The notes under the pieces were generated by a model, which made no database searches, was not told the DNA's origin, and saw nothing but the letters and a program-made list of their open reading frames with translations. The translations under genes and the position numbers were made by a program. Shown here piece by piece: positions 1 to 9,654 of a stretch of 64,000 nucleotides of DNA. Source of the DNA: Thiobacillus sp. 65-1402 (GTDB taxonomy: Bacteria; Pseudomonadota; Gammaproteobacteria; Burkholderiales; Thiobacillaceae); assembly GCF_001897685.1 (NCBI RefSeq), contig NZ_MKUG01000102.1:7937-71936 (forward strand), given 5' to 3'. The first letter of the stretch is position 1; each line of letters opens with the position of its first letter.

Positions 1-1263
1 ACCCCGCTGATCAAGGGGCAGGAAGACCTCGTCTACGTGTGGACACTGGGCGTGGAAGGCATCGGCGACGGTTCCGACAAGCTCGTCACCGTCGACGTCC
101 GCCCCGGTTCCAAGACCTTCGGCAAGATCATTGCCACTCTCTCCACGGGCGACCGCGGCGAAGCGCACCACATGGGCTTCACCGACGACCGCCGCTACAT
201 GTGGGCGGGTGCGCTCGATTCGAACAAAATCTTCATCTTCGATATTCACAGCAACCCTGCCAAGCCAAAGCTGGTCAAGACGATCACCGACTTCGCCGAG
301 AAGACCGGTTTCGTCGGCCCCCACACCTTCTACGCCCTGCCGGGCCGCATGCTGATCCAGGCGCTGTCCAACACCAAGGACCACGGCGGCCGCACCGGTC
401 TGGTCGTCTACAACAACGACGGCGAGCTGATCAACACGATCGACATGCCGACCGGCACCTTCAATGGCGTGTACGCCGACGGCTACGGCTACGATCTGGG
501 CATCAACCCGCAGCAGAACGTGCTGTTGACCTCCAGCTTCACCGGCTGGAACAACTACATGATGGACATGGGCAAGCTGGTCAAGGACCCCGAGGCGATG
601 AAGCATTTCGGCAAGACCATGGCGATCTGGGACGCCAAGACCCTGAAGCCGAAGAAGGTCTTCGAAGTACCGGGTGCGCCGCTGGAAATCCGCTGGTCGC
701 TGAAGGAGGGCGACAACTGGGCCGTTACCGCGGCTGCGCTGACCGGCAAGCTGTGGGTCGTCAAGCAGGACAGCAGCAAGGAATGGCAGGCCTACGACGT
801 GGGCACCATCAAGACCGAAAGCCCCGTTCCATTGCCCGTCGACATCTCGCTCAGTGCCGACGGCAAGGGCTTGTGGGCCAACACCTTCCTGGATGGCGTG
901 ACACAGTACTGGGATTTCTCCAATCCCATGAAACCGAAGATGACCTACAAGAAAAAAATTGCCTCGCAGGTCAACATGGTGTCGCAATCCTTCGACGGCA
1001 AGCGTGTGTATTTCACCACTTCGCTGCTCGGCAACTGGGACAAGAAGGGCAAGGGTGACGAGCAACTCCTGAAGATGTACAACTGGGATGGCAAGAAACT
1101 TGCCGAAGTGTTCTCGATCGATTTCTACAAGGAAAAGCTCGGTCGCGCTCACCACATGAAGTTCCAGGCAATCAACCTGAAAGAGCTGCAGCCTCTCCAG
1201 GCCAGGCTCGACGGTGCAAGCACGCAGAACAAGCTTGCATTGACCGATCTGTTGAGCAAATAA
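1..1263 (+). CDS. mtoX: Methanethiol oxidase (SELENBP1/SBP56 family), 5'-truncated by window edge
   Basis: Frame open from base 1 (TPLIKGQEDLVYVWTLG). SBP56 motifs EAHHMGF, GPHT, GYGYD. Trp in SFTGWNNY and LLGNWDK lie 163 aa apart (candidate TTQ pair). Followed by SCO and MauG-like genes as in known mtoX clusters. Confidence 0.9.
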   Translation, partial: TPLIKGQEDLVYVWTLGVEGIGDGSDKLVTVDVRPGSKTFGKIIATLSTGDRGEAHHMGFTDDRRYMWAGALDSNKIFIFDIHSNPAKPKLVKTITDFAEKTGFVGPHTFYALPGRMLIQALSNTKDHGGRTGLVVYNNDGELINTIDMPTGTFNGVYADGYGYDLGINPQQNVLLTSSFTGWNNYMMDMGKLVKDPEAMKHFGKTMAIWDAKTLKPKKVFEVPGAPLEIRWSLKEGDNWAVTAAALTGKLWVVKQDSSKEWQAYDVGTIKTESPVPLPVDISLSADGKGLWANTFLDGVTQYWDFSNPMKPKMTYKKKIASQVNMVSQSFDGKRVYFTTSLLGNWDKKGKGDEQLLKMYNWDGKKLAEVFSIDFYKEKLGRAHHMKFQAINLKELQPLQARLDGASTQNKLALTDLLSK

Positions 1264-1279
1264 ACACCAAGAGGTTGTC

Positions 1280-2056
1280 ATGTCATACCAGAGTGCCAAT
1301 ATCGTGATACGGGCACTCCCCCCCCCTCGCGGGGGGGGGGGAGTTTTCAAGTCTCTTTTGTCTCTGCTGTTTCCGCTTTCCCTGGCCTGCGCCTCTCTGC
1401 CTAGCCATGCGGCCGCCGTCCCGGTCAAAGACCCCAATGCAAGCGGCGAACTGATTTTCGATTACGAAATCCATCCGCCAGGAACCTATACCCTGCAAAA
1501 AATCCAGCACGCCGCCAGCGGCCAGGTTCTGGATACCGAAGGCCGCGTCCGTGCACTCGCCGATTCCTTTGGCAGCGGCAAGGTTACCCTGTTGTCTTTC
1601 ATTTACTCCAGTTGCGCCGATCCCAACGGCTGCCCCTACGCCTATACGGTGTTCCACCTGATCAAGAGCCGGATGGAACGCGAGCAACCCCAACTCACCG
1701 GCAAAACCCGGCTCGTCAGTCTCTCGTTCGATCCCGAGCGGGATACGCCCGAAGTGCTCAAGCTCTATGCCGGCGCGAATGCGAACGCCGCAAAGGGTAT
1801 ACAGTGGGATTTTCTGACGACGGCCTCGCTGCGCGAACTGATTCCCATCCTGGACGCATACCGGCAGGATGTGTATTTCGATCTCGATCCCAAAACCGGG
1901 CAACCGCTTGGGACCATGAGCCACGTATTGAAGGTCTTCCTGATAGATCGCGCCGGAGATGTGCGTGAAATCTATACAGCTTCATACTTGAATCCGGACG
2001 TCGTTTACAACGACATTCTGACTCTCCTTCTCGAAGACGGGGCAGCACTGAAATGA
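1280..2056 (+). CDS. SCO1/SenC copper chaperone
   Basis: CADPNGCP motif, SLSFDPERDTPE, downstream His (MSHVLKVFLID), N-terminal hydrophobic segment. Confidence 0.85.
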   Translation: MSYQSANIVIRALPPPRGGGGVFKSLLSLLFPLSLACASLPSHAAAVPVKDPNASGELIFDYEIHPPGTYTLQKIQHAASGQVLDTEGRVRALADSFGSGKVTLLSFIYSSCADPNGCPYAYTVFHLIKSRMEREQPQLTGKTRLVSLSFDPERDTPEVLKLYAGANANAAKGIQWDFLTTASLRELIPILDAYRQDVYFDLDPKTGQPLGTMSHVLKVFLIDRAGDVREIYTASYLNPDVVYNDILTLLLEDGAALK

Positions 2057-3249
2057 AAAACATCCTTTTGATCGGGCTCGCGACCGCGGGTCTATTGCTC
2101 CCGCTCGCCATCTCGGCCGGCACCCCCATCAACCCGACGCCTCCGCTGGGCCTGCCCCCGCTGTTCATTCCCAAGGCCAACCCGCTGACCCAGGAAAAGA
2201 TCGATCTGGGCCGGGAACTCTTCATGGATCGCCGCCTGTCGCACAACAACGTCATGTCGTGCGCCATGTGCCATGTCCCCGAACAGGGTTTCACCTCGCA
2301 CGAACTGGGAGCCGCCATCGGTCTGCAGGGACGCAGCCTTCGCCGGAACTCGCCCGCCATGTACAACGTCGGCTACCAGCGCAGCCTGTTCCATGAAGGC
2401 CGCGAACTCCATCTCGAGGATCAGGTCTGGGCACCGCTGCTCGCCAAGAACGAGATGAACATGCCGTCCATCGGCTACGTCGTCGAGAAGATCAAGATGA
2501 TGCCCGAATACAAAGGGCGGTTCGAGGCCGCTTTCGGCGGCGAAGCGACGGCCGAGCGCATCGGATTCGCCCTGGCGAGCTACCAGCGCGCCATGGTGTC
2601 GGGAAACTCCCGCTTCGACCGCTGGTATTACGGCGGCGAGAAGAATGCGCTCAACACCAGGGAGCAGCGAGGATTCGAAGTATTCCGCGGCAAGGGAAGC
2701 TGCATCGCCTGCCATACCGTCGGGGAGAAGCACGCCCTCTTCACCGACCACAAGTTCTACAACACGGGACACGGCTGGCAACGCAGCATGGCTCCGGTAA
2801 AGACCACTCACAAAGTACAGCTTGCGCCGGGGGTGTTCGTGGACGTAAGCGACGAACAACTGGACGACTTCGAGAAACCGCTGCCCGACGTCGGACGCTA
2901 CGAGGTCACGCTCGATCCCAAGGATCGCTGGGCGTACAAGACCCCCTCCCTGCGCAACGTCGCCATCACCGCGCCCTACATGCACGATGGTGCTTTCTCC
3001 AGCCTGGAGGCGGTCGTCGAGTTCTACAACAAGGGCGGCGTGGACAACCCCGACAAATCTCCCCTGATCTTTCCGCTCAATCTGACGGAAGAAGAAAAGG
3101 CGGATCTCGTCGCGTTCATGAAGACCCTGACCGGAGACAATATCGACGCGCTGGCGCGCGACGCTCGCCGGGCGCGCGAGAACTATCCCGTACCGAAGCA
3201 GGATCCGAGCGATTTCTACATGGAGAGCATCGGCAACAGCCGTCCCTGA
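2053..3249 (+). CDS. mauG: MauG-like di-heme cytochrome c peroxidase (probable TTQ maturation)
   Basis: Two CxxCH motifs (CAMCH, CIACH), KTPSLRNVAITAPYMHDG, signal peptide, ATGA overlap with SCO. Confidence 0.85.
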   Translation: MKNILLIGLATAGLLLPLAISAGTPINPTPPLGLPPLFIPKANPLTQEKIDLGRELFMDRRLSHNNVMSCAMCHVPEQGFTSHELGAAIGLQGRSLRRNSPAMYNVGYQRSLFHEGRELHLEDQVWAPLLAKNEMNMPSIGYVVEKIKMMPEYKGRFEAAFGGEATAERIGFALASYQRAMVSGNSRFDRWYYGGEKNALNTREQRGFEVFRGKGSCIACHTVGEKHALFTDHKFYNTGHGWQRSMAPVKTTHKVQLAPGVFVDVSDEQLDDFEKPLPDVGRYEVTLDPKDRWAYKTPSLRNVAITAPYMHDGAFSSLEAVVEFYNKGGVDNPDKSPLIFPLNLTEEEKADLVAFMKTLTGDNIDALARDARRARENYPVPKQDPSDFYMESIGNSRP

Positions 3250-3355
3250 ACGGCGGCAACCGGCGCGGCTCACCCAGAAGCTTTTGCGCCTCGCGCCCGA
3301 ACCGCACCGCGTCCGCCGCCCCCATGGCCGCGGCCCATTTTGTAAAGGGAACCCC

Positions 3356-3889
3356 ATGAACAAAATCGTTTTCAAGACCGGCGAGGCCACCGTCCTGGCC
3401 AGGGAAGGCCAGTACACCGACGCCATGCCGGAAATCCTCATCGGCAGCGTGGACGGCCCCGTGGGGCACGCCTTCGCCAACATGATGGGGCAGACCGCCG
3501 GCCATACCCGCATGTTCGCCATCCGTGCCTGCAACCAGCAGGTGCGCCCAGCCACGCTGATGGTGCCCAAGGTGACCATGAAAAGCATGGCCTACGTGGA
3601 CCTGTTCGGCGGCACCGTGCAGGCCGCCACCGCCGACGCCGTGCTGGACTGCGTCATCGACGGTACCCTGCCGCGGGATCAGGTCAACGACCTGTGCATC
3701 GTCAGCCTGGTGTGGATCGATCCCCGCTGCGCCAGCGACCCCAAGCTGGACCACAAGGATCTCTACCGCACCAACTACGAGGCCACCAAACTGGCAATCA
3801 GGCGTGCCCTCGCCGACGAGCCATCCATCGATGAACTCATCGCCAACCGCCACGCGATCACGCACGACATGTACGATCCGACGGCCTGA
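3356..3889 (+). CDS. Divergent formaldehyde-activating enzyme (Fae) paralog
   Basis: Fae-like segments GEA, ILIG, VRPATLMVPKVT, FGGTVQAATADAVLDCV, NYEATKLAIRRA. RBS AAAGGGA before ATG 3356. Confidence 0.8.
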   Translation: MNKIVFKTGEATVLAREGQYTDAMPEILIGSVDGPVGHAFANMMGQTAGHTRMFAIRACNQQVRPATLMVPKVTMKSMAYVDLFGGTVQAATADAVLDCVIDGTLPRDQVNDLCIVSLVWIDPRCASDPKLDHKDLYRTNYEATKLAIRRALADEPSIDELIANRHAITHDMYDPTA

Positions 3890-4031
3890 GCGCCGCACCG
3901 GCCACGCAGTATCCCGCGGCCGGCCAAGTATTTTCCCCAATAGGCATTCCCCCGCCCAGGTTCAAGAATGCACGGGGTACCCGACGATGGGCGGGAATCC
4001 ATTCCATTCACCAGAGAAAGAGGAAAACACC

Positions 4032-4214
4032 ATGAAAGTTGTTTGGGACGACCAGGCTTGCTGCCACAGCGGCAATTGCGTAAAGACCCTGCCTGAAGTA
4101 TTCAAGGTGGAAAACGGCCAGTTCCTGATCCAGCCGCAAAACGCCAGCGAACAGCAGGTGCGGCAGGTGGTGGCCGCCTGCCCGGCCAAGGCTCTGCGCA
4201 TCGAGGCCAGCTGA
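4032..4214 (+). CDS. Small divergent 4Fe-4S ferredoxin-like protein (YjdI/Fer4_19-like)
   Basis: CCHSGNCV...CPAKAL, 60 aa, RBS AGAGGA. Confidence 0.75.
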   Translation: MKVVWDDQACCHSGNCVKTLPEVFKVENGQFLIQPQNASEQQVRQVVAACPAKALRIEAS

Positions 4215-4424
4215 CCCGGAAGGCGCGCCGGCCATGCGTACAATTACGCATGGCCGGGCGTAGACATTCGGATTATCTTGAACGCGCGAGGTCGGTAGAG
4301 TCTCCCCCACATCCCCGCAACACGGGGATTGCCGCAGCGGGATCGCCCGCGCGGACGGGGTCCGGGCCCGCAGGATCAAATGGGCTCGGCAGTACTGTAA
4401 ATTTGGGGTACACAGGAGATCGAC

Positions 4425-4703
4425 ATGCTCAAAACCGCTATGGAAAGGGACCAGCTGGCCCGTCCGTTCGAAAAATCCATCAAGCAGTTTGGCGAGGTCG
4501 TGATGAACGACCAGAGCCTGCTGGCCAAGCTCGACCAGACGCCGGACAAGGAAAGTTTCATCCAGCTCTATCGCGGCCTCGCTGCGGACCAGGGCATCCA
4601 CTTCTCGCGGGACGATTTGCTCGTTGCCGTCCAGGAACAGAAGCAGGGCAGCAACTGGGTCATCCCTAGGGCGGTGCTGCGCATGATCGCAGACCGTTTT
4701 TAA
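4425..4703 (+). CDS. Nif11-like domain protein
   Basis: Pattern F...V.ND..L...L...A...GIHFSRDDL resembles Nif11; RBS AGGAG. Confidence 0.55.
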   Translation: MLKTAMERDQLARPFEKSIKQFGEVVMNDQSLLAKLDQTPDKESFIQLYRGLAADQGIHFSRDDLLVAVQEQKQGSNWVIPRAVLRMIADRF

Positions 4704-4714
4704 GGGGGAACGAC

Positions 4715-5017
4715 ATGAGCGACGAAATCAAGACCAACGCCGGCCGCGTCATGGGCTACTGGGACGGCAAGCAAGCTGCCGAACTGATGTCCGAACTGGC
4801 CAACATCCGCCAGCAGATGCTCAAGGAAGGCAGCCAGGACAAACTCATCGCCCGGGAAATGCCGCACCGCGACCAACTTCCCGAGGACTTGCACAACTTC
4901 AAGGCTTATCATATCTGGGGCTGCGACGCTGGCGGCAACTGCGTAGTGGGAACCAATGCAAACCGTATCGAGCCAATACAAAAAGTACGGAGCTTCTCGC
5001 TCATCGAGCATCATTGA
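4715..5017 (+). CDS. Hypothetical protein (100 aa)
   Basis: RBS AAGGGGG, host-like codon usage, operonic position; no family recognised. Confidence 0.6.
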   Translation: MSDEIKTNAGRVMGYWDGKQAAELMSELANIRQQMLKEGSQDKLIAREMPHRDQLPEDLHNFKAYHIWGCDAGGNCVVGTNANRIEPIQKVRSFSLIEHH

Positions 5018-5125
5018 TCGCGGGCAATGTCTTCACCCCGGCCCCTCAAACAGGCCGGGGTGAAGGCATTGGACCGGCCAACCCCAACTCGCCGCCCGGT
5101 GCGGCCCCATGCAGGAGGACTGCCC

Positions 5126-6337
5126 ATGCAGGTGAAATCGATACGCGATCGGGTTACCGACAGGGCGTCGACGGGCACCGGGAAAAACCTCGAAGCCCTG
5201 CTGCACAAGGCGCAGGAGATTGCCCGGGAGGTGGTGGCCCCCGCTACCGAAGCGGTGGACCGCGACGCACGCTGGCCGGAGGCCGGCATTCGCGCACTGC
5301 AACAGGCGGGATTCGGCGGCCTGGTGGTGCCTGCGGCCTATGGCGGCCAGGGCCACGGCCTGCTGGCCCTGGCCCGGGTGTGCGAGGTACTGGGTCAGGA
5401 GTGTGCCTCCACCGCCATCTGCTTCGGCATGCACAGCGTGGGCGCATCGGTGATCTCGGCCAATGCCACCCCGGACCAGCAGGCCCGCTTTCTGGCGCCT
5501 ATTTGCGAAGGCCGGCACATCACCACCCTGTCCCTGAGCGAGGCGGGCACCGGCGCTCATTTCTACCTGCCCCAGACCAGCCTGGAATCCCTGAGTGCCG
5601 AGCGCTACAGCCTGACCGGGACCAAGACCTTCGTCACCAACGGCGGCCACGCGGATTCCTATGTGGTGTCGGCGGTGGCGGCAGACCCGGACGCGCCGGT
5701 GGGGCAGTTCTCCTGCATCGTGGTGCCCGCCGACGCATCCGGCCTGAAATGGGGGCAGTCCTGGGATGGCCTCGGAATGCGCGGCAATTCCTCGCGCTCC
5801 ATGGAACTGCACGGGGTGGAAGTGCCGCACAGCAACCTGCTGGGCAAGGAAGGCGACCAGATCTGGTACATCTTCAACGTGGTGACGCCCTACTTCCTGA
5901 TGGCCATGGCAGGCACCTTCCTGGGCGTGGCCACCACCGCCCTGGAGGAGGCGCGCAAGCACCTCATGCGCCGCTATCACGCCCATACCGGTTCCAGCCT
6001 GGCCCAGACCTCGGTGCTGCAGCATCGCCTCGGTACCCTGTGGGGCATGCTCGAACGCACCCGCAGGCTCACCTACCATGCCGCCGCCAGCTTCGACGCC
6101 GGCGAGCCTGACGCCCTGATGGCGGTGATGGCGGCCAAGGTGGAGGTGGCCGACTGCGCCGTGGCGATGGTCAATGAGGCCATGACCCTGTGCGGCGGCA
6201 TCGGGTACCGCAGCGGCTCGCGTCTGCACCGGCTGCTGCGGGATGCCCGTGCCGCCCATCTCATGTCCCCCACCACCGATATCCTGCGCGTGTGGATCGG
6301 CCGTGCTCTCATGGGCCAGCCCCTACTCACGGACTGA
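5126..6337 (+). CDS. Acyl-CoA dehydrogenase-fold flavoprotein
   Basis: LSLSEAGTGAH, GTKTFVTNG, LGMRGNSS, GGIGY...RLLRDARA; RBS GGAGG at ~5114. Confidence 0.8.
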   Translation: MQVKSIRDRVTDRASTGTGKNLEALLHKAQEIAREVVAPATEAVDRDARWPEAGIRALQQAGFGGLVVPAAYGGQGHGLLALARVCEVLGQECASTAICFGMHSVGASVISANATPDQQARFLAPICEGRHITTLSLSEAGTGAHFYLPQTSLESLSAERYSLTGTKTFVTNGGHADSYVVSAVAADPDAPVGQFSCIVVPADASGLKWGQSWDGLGMRGNSSRSMELHGVEVPHSNLLGKEGDQIWYIFNVVTPYFLMAMAGTFLGVATTALEEARKHLMRRYHAHTGSSLAQTSVLQHRLGTLWGMLERTRRLTYHAAASFDAGEPDALMAVMAAKVEVADCAVAMVNEAMTLCGGIGYRSGSRLHRLLRDARAAHLMSPTTDILRVWIGRALMGQPLLTD

Positions 6338-6349
6338 GTCCGACGAGCC

Positions 6350-8821
6350 ATGACCGTGCCGCCCGCCGAGATTCCCGGACTGGTCAGCCTGGTAGGAGTG
6401 GATCGGGCGCTGGCGCGGCTGCTGAAAAGCCGGCTGCGTCCGGTGCTGGCGGTGGAGACCCTGGACGACCAGAACAGCCTGTTCCTCCACATGGAAGGCG
6501 GCGGCCTGCCGGTGGACGCAGTGGTCCTGGGAATGGCCCTGGAAGAACCGGTGCGGGTAGCCCAGCGCATCCACGTGCACGACAAGCACATCCCCATCCT
6601 CATCCTCAGCCGCCCCGCCGACTGCGATCAGCTCAAACGCACCCTCATGTTCAGCCCCTTCCTGGGCAACGAGGTGACGCCCTGGCCCACCGACGAACCG
6701 GACGGCCTGCCGGCAATCCTGCGCCAGGCGGCCGAGCGGCGGCGCCTGCGCATCCGCTATCAGAACGCCCTGTCTTCCGCCCAGATCCGTCTGGAGAAAC
6801 TGCCCCTGCTGCAGCCCGAGGCATCCCACTACCTGGATCAGTTGCTCGACCACGCACCCATCGGCGTGGTGACCGTGGATCCGGCCGGCGCAATCCTCAC
6901 GCTCAACCGGCAGGCCCAGGACACGCTGCGCGTTGCGGAACGCGGCGCGCTGGGGCGGCTGCTCGGCGATCTATTCCCGATCGCCGAACGGCAACGGCTG
7001 TGCGCCCTGCTGACCCGCTGCGCGTCGCACGGCCCGCGCCCCGGGCCCGAGGTATTCGAGTTCCACTCCGCCAACGGCACGCCCCGTTTCGTGGAGACAG
7101 GCTGCACCCCCCTGACCTACCGCACCGGCCAGCGCGGCATCATGCTCATCATGCAGGACGTCACCGACCGCATACGGGCGGAGCGGGAGCGCTGCCGGGC
7201 CGAGAAAGAACTGCGCCTGCATGCCACCGTGCTGCGCGGTTTTCACGAGATCAGCTCGGACCGTTCCCTGACCCTGGAAGAAAAGCTCAATCGCCTGCTC
7301 AAGCTGGGATGCGAGCAGTTCGGCCTGCCCATCGGCATCCTCTCCCAGGTCAACGGCGACATATTCAGAGTGCTTGACTCGGTGGGCGGAGAGGGCCTGT
7401 TCCCCGTGGGCGGCACCCGCGAACTGAGACAGACCTATTGCGGCGGCACCGTGCTCTCCAACGAGCCGGTGGCCCTGGAACATGCCGGGGCCAGCGAATG
7501 GCGCGATCACCCCAGCTATACCCGGGGCGGGCTGGAGGCCTACATCGGGGTGCGCGTCCAGGTCGAGAACGAACTCTACGGCACCCTCTGTTTCGCCAGC
7601 CCCAGCCCGCGCCCCAAGCCCTTCAGCTCGGCCGACCGCGAGATCCTCAAGCTCATGTCCCAATGGGTGGGCAGCGAGCTGCGCCGGGAACGGGCCGATG
7701 CCCATATGCGCAAGCTGTCGGGGGCCCTGGAGCAGGCCGCCGACGCGGTCATCATCACCGACCGCGGGCGCTTCATCGAGTATGTGAACCCCGCGTTCGA
7801 AACCCTCACCGGCTACCGGAAGGAAGAGGTGATCGGGCAGAAAACCTATTTCCTGCGTTCGGGCCTGCACGACGACAAGTTCTACGACGAGTTGTGGCAG
7901 GTCATCGGCACCGGCGGCGTATACCGGGGCGTCCTCATCAACCGCAAAAAGGACGGCAGCCTGTACCACGAAATGAAGACCATCAGCCCGCTCAAGGACG
8001 ATCAGGGGCGCGTCACCCATTTCATTTCCACCGGGCACGACATCACCGAATTGGTGCGAGCCGAGGAGCAAGACCGCCTGCACCGTGCCGAGCTGGCGCA
8101 CGTGGCGCGCCTGAGCACCCTGGGCGAAATGACCTCGGGCCTGGCCCACGAATTGAACCAGCCCCTGTGCGCCATCACCACCTACGCCCAGACCGCCCTG
8201 CGTGTCCTCACGGGTCCGGACGGCAGCGCGGAGCGGGCGCGCTACGGCCTGGAGCAGGTGGTCCGCCAGGCCGAACTGGCCGGCGAGATTTTCCGGCGCC
8301 TGCGCCATTTTGCCCGCAAGGGCGACATGAACCGCCGCCGTGTCTGCCTGAAAGAGGTGATACAGGAAGTGGCCGGATTCATCCACGCCGATGCCCAGCA
8401 GAGCGGTGTGCGGGTCGAACTGGCGGTGGCCCGCAACCTGCCCAGGGTGCTGGCCGATCCGATCCAGATCGAACAGGTGCTGCTCAACCTGGCGCGCAAC
8501 GCCATGGATGCCATGGCCGGCGTCGAGGAGCCGCGCCGGCAACTGCTGATCAAGGCCCGCCGCCAAGGCATACGGGGGGTGCGGATGGAGATTCACGACC
8601 GCGGGCGAGGTTGCCCGCAGGAAGTGGCGGACCGTTTGTTCGAGCCCTTCTTCACCACCAAACCCGACGGCCTGGGCATCGGCCTCGGCATCAGCCAGAG
8701 CATCATCGAGGCCCACAACGGCCGGCTCTGGCTCGAAGGCAATTCCGACCAGGGCGCCACCTTCTGTTTCACGCTGCCTGGCGATGAGGATCAAGCGCAT
8801 GCGATCCGTTCCTGCGATTAA
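6350..8821 (+). CDS. Cytoplasmic sensor histidine kinase (pseudo-receiver, PAS, GAF, PAS, HisKA, HATPase)
   Basis: H-box GLAHELNQPL, N-box QVLLNLARNA, FEPFFTTK, GIGLGISQSI; PAS YVNPAFETLTGY. Confidence 0.9.
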   Translation: MTVPPAEIPGLVSLVGVDRALARLLKSRLRPVLAVETLDDQNSLFLHMEGGGLPVDAVVLGMALEEPVRVAQRIHVHDKHIPILILSRPADCDQLKRTLMFSPFLGNEVTPWPTDEPDGLPAILRQAAERRRLRIRYQNALSSAQIRLEKLPLLQPEASHYLDQLLDHAPIGVVTVDPAGAILTLNRQAQDTLRVAERGALGRLLGDLFPIAERQRLCALLTRCASHGPRPGPEVFEFHSANGTPRFVETGCTPLTYRTGQRGIMLIMQDVTDRIRAERERCRAEKELRLHATVLRGFHEISSDRSLTLEEKLNRLLKLGCEQFGLPIGILSQVNGDIFRVLDSVGGEGLFPVGGTRELRQTYCGGTVLSNEPVALEHAGASEWRDHPSYTRGGLEAYIGVRVQVENELYGTLCFASPSPRPKPFSSADREILKLMSQWVGSELRRERADAHMRKLSGALEQAADAVIITDRGRFIEYVNPAFETLTGYRKEEVIGQKTYFLRSGLHDDKFYDELWQVIGTGGVYRGVLINRKKDGSLYHEMKTISPLKDDQGRVTHFISTGHDITELVRAEEQDRLHRAELAHVARLSTLGEMTSGLAHELNQPLCAITTYAQTALRVLTGPDGSAERARYGLEQVVRQAELAGEIFRRLRHFARKGDMNRRRVCLKEVIQEVAGFIHADAQQSGVRVELAVARNLPRVLADPIQIEQVLLNLARNAMDAMAGVEEPRRQLLIKARRQGIRGVRMEIHDRGRGCPQEVADRLFEPFFTTKPDGLGIGLGISQSIIEAHNGRLWLEGNSDQGATFCFTLPGDEDQAHAIRSCD

Positions 8822-9425
8822 ACCCGTGGTCCACGTGGTGGACGACAACCCGGCGGTACGCGACGCCATCCGCTGGCTGGTGGAGCAGGTCGGCCTGAGC
8901 GCCCGCACCTACGCCACGGCCCAGGAATTCCTGTCGGCCTGCGATCCCGCCATGCGCGGCTGTCTGGTGCTGGATATCCGCATGCCCGGCATCAGCGGCC
9001 TCGACCTGCAGGACCGGCTGCAGGAGCAAGGCGTCCACCTGCCGGTGATCATCATCACCGGGCACGGCGACGTGCCCGTCGCCGTGCGGGCCATGAAGGC
9101 CGGCGCACTGGAGTTCCTGCAGAAGCCTTTCAACGACCAGACCCTGCTGGATGCCATCCATGCCGCGCTGGAAAAATATCATGCGATCTGGGAGCAGCAG
9201 GACCAGTGCAACCACACCACCCGCAACCTGTCCGCGCTCACCCCGCGCGAACAGGAAGTACTGGATCTGCTGCGCCACGGCAAGCCCAACAAGGTCATCG
9301 CCTACGAACTGGGGCTGTCGGTACGTACCGTGGAAGGCTATCGCGCCCGCATCATGGAAAAAATGGGCGCGCACTCCCTCGGACAGCTCATCGAGATGGT
9401 CGTGCAGGCCGTACCGAAAGGCTGA
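8799..9425 (+). CDS. FixJ/LuxR-family response regulator
   Basis: VVDD, LDIRMPG, FLQKPF, LTPREQEV...NKVIAYELGLS HTH. Confidence 0.9.
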   Translation: MRSVPAIKPVVHVVDDNPAVRDAIRWLVEQVGLSARTYATAQEFLSACDPAMRGCLVLDIRMPGISGLDLQDRLQEQGVHLPVIIITGHGDVPVAVRAMKAGALEFLQKPFNDQTLLDAIHAALEKYHAIWEQQDQCNHTTRNLSALTPREQEVLDLLRHGKPNKVIAYELGLSVRTVEGYRARIMEKMGAHSLGQLIEMVVQAVPKG

Positions 9426-9654
9426 GAGGCATCGACGTCTCCGACGGCCGCATCCAACGCTGCGACCCCCGCCGCCCCGCAGCCGGGCAACTTTCCCGAA
9501 CCCCCGTAAAACCACGTATCCGCGCGTAGTACTGCGGATTTTCCCGCCTACCGTTTCACCCTATAAATACGCCACAGACGGACTGCGCCATGCCATCGGG
9601 ATAGCGCGGCCCGTCTCGATCCCGAACACTATCGAAAACGAAAGGAGCAAGACT

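Noticed and set aside
4425-4703. RiPP precursor cluster
   Set aside because: No GG motif or modifiable core, and no modifying enzymes or peptidase transporter nearby
6971-8908. Long opposite-strand and alternate-frame ORFs (also 13773-15803, 22640-24391, 25762-28152, 45658-47589, 57554-59254)
   Set aside because: Shadows of real GC-rich genes, with no recognisable motifs
9151-9654. N-terminal extensions in the ORF track (also for 3284, 20384-21511, 30006, 35328, 36344, 43302-45170)
   Set aside because: They overlap neighbouring genes; better starts with RBS or stop-start coupling lie downstream
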